DNA of 64,000 nucleotides from an uncultured Gemmatimonadaceae bacterium (GTDB lineage: Bacteria > Gemmatimonadota > Gemmatimonadetes > Gemmatimonadales > Gemmatimonadaceae): positions 123,995-187,994 of the forward strand of contig CAWGJO010000024.1 in NCBI GenBank assembly GCA_963822945.1, in the 5' to 3' direction. The notes beneath the pieces were generated by a model. That model searched no databases. It was not told the origin of the DNA and saw only the letters and a program-made list of their open reading frames with translations. This document shows, one piece after another, positions 62,978 through 64,000 of this stretch (the first letter of the stretch is position 1; every line of letters begins with the position of its first letter). The position numbers and the translations under genes are program-made.

Positions 62978-64000
62978 TCAGCTCGCGGACACGAAATCCT
63001 CCTCGTCCAGATCGGGCACTCGCGTGAGCATGGCCGCGCGCATCCGCTACGGCGTCCGTGGACCCGGCCAGGGCGAGCACGTCTCCGGCACGCAGGCGCT
63101 CGTGCCCCGTGGGCACGATGACCTGTTCGTCGTCCCCGGTCCCGCGCACGATGCACAGCACCGTGGCGCCCGTGAGCCCCCGAATGTTCAGGTCGGCAAG
63201 CGTCCGGCCCACGCTCGTGCTCGCGGCTCCGAGCGGTACGGCCGCCGGTTCGCCGATCCCGGGCAGCAGCGCCCCCAGGCGCCGCGCGGTCTGCCGAAGC
63301 GTGTCGGGCACCGGGTGGTCGGCCATCTGCTGGGCCAGGGCCGATACCACCACCTGCGCGCCGGCCTGCGTATGCCCCTGCAGATTGCGCGCGCTGCGCC
63401 AGAAGGCGATCCCCAGCAGGAGTGTGATCGCGGCGAGCACCACGAAGCCGGGGTAGCGTGGCAGGAACGGCTGCGTGATCGCGACCAGCGGCGCACCGAT
63501 GGCGAGCAGGATGGCCAACTGCAGCGCGGTAACGAACGACCGGCGGGGCGCGGCCGCGAAGTCGGCTCGGCCCGCCTTGGCCGCGGGCATCGCACGCACC
63601 GCCAGCACGAACCCCAGCCGCGCCGTGGTGCGCATGATGCCGATGACCAGCGGCGCCGCCACGATCAACGCGCCCAGCACGACCAGTCCGCGCGCGGCGG
63701 CGTCCGAGAGCCCGAACCAGCCGTTGACGATGATCGTGAATCGCTCCAACTCCGACGAGGACCCGACGATCACGCCGGCGAGCAGCACCGCGTCGAGCAG
63801 CAGCATGCGCATCAGACGACGCAGCCGCGAACGCCCCGCCGGGGGTGCGGCGCGCAGCCGTTCCACCCATGAACCGTACAGCGCCACGAAGGTCTGCAGC
63901 GGCCGCGGCAGCTTGCGGTCCACCCACAGCGCCACCGGCTGCGCCACGCCGATGAGCAGCGGCGTGGTGTACGTGGTGACGGCCGAGACGGTCACGGCAA
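62978..64000 (-). CDS. CPA2-type cation:proton antiporter with C-terminal TrkA-C domain (3' part; frameshift near 63037)
   Basis: TTYTTPLL at the end of the transporter domain, extra TM helices, VGRTLADLNIRGLTGATVLCIVR...LRAGDVLALAG, ending AMLTRVPDLDEEDFVSAS* after the shift. Confidence 0.82.

Noticed and set aside
61464..63995. Two long overlapping opposite-strand ORFs (802 and 826 aa)
   Set aside because: Both are read-through caused by probable 3' frameshifts. The plausible ends (62935 and 62978) do not overlap.

Overview
High-GC, densely coding core-chromosome segment. Gene order and protein style suggest Gemmatimonadota (inference, not verified). I found no integrase, transposase, phage gene or CRISPR array. 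Left to right: the start of an energy-conservation operon (2-oxoacid:ferredoxin oxidoreductase alpha and beta, an unknown protein resembling a dead TPP domain, rnfB cut by the window edge); tRNA-Leu(CAA); an ECF sigma/zf-HC2 anti-sigma/Spy-like triplet; rpmA-rplU and an RNase E/G gene with a long structured leader; acyl-CoA dehydrogenase, recQ and a U32 protein; split AtuA, a carboxyltransferase, a split B12 acyl-CoA mutase with isobutyryl-CoA-mutase signature residues and meaB; aspS-phoH-7TM/HD-ybeY-2x CNNM; rlmN; a trp/fol cluster interleaved with signalling genes (GAF, HEAT, HD-GYP, MCP) and interrupted by an antisense lexA; truA, a catalytically stripped transaldolase homologue, degP and a pur cluster containing psd-pssA; a GT4/deacetylase/flippase-like triplet; and a CPA2 antiporter cut by the right edge. 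About 16 single-base frameshifts in 11 genes look like long-read assembly errors rather than biology. Best leads: (1) a HEAT + HD-GYP pair sharing an apparently unnamed N-terminal domain, (2) lexA lying antisense inside the trp operon with a TTCGG-N6-TTCGG operator candidate, (3) two probable pseudoenzymes. All family calls come from motif recognition by eye; no searches were run.
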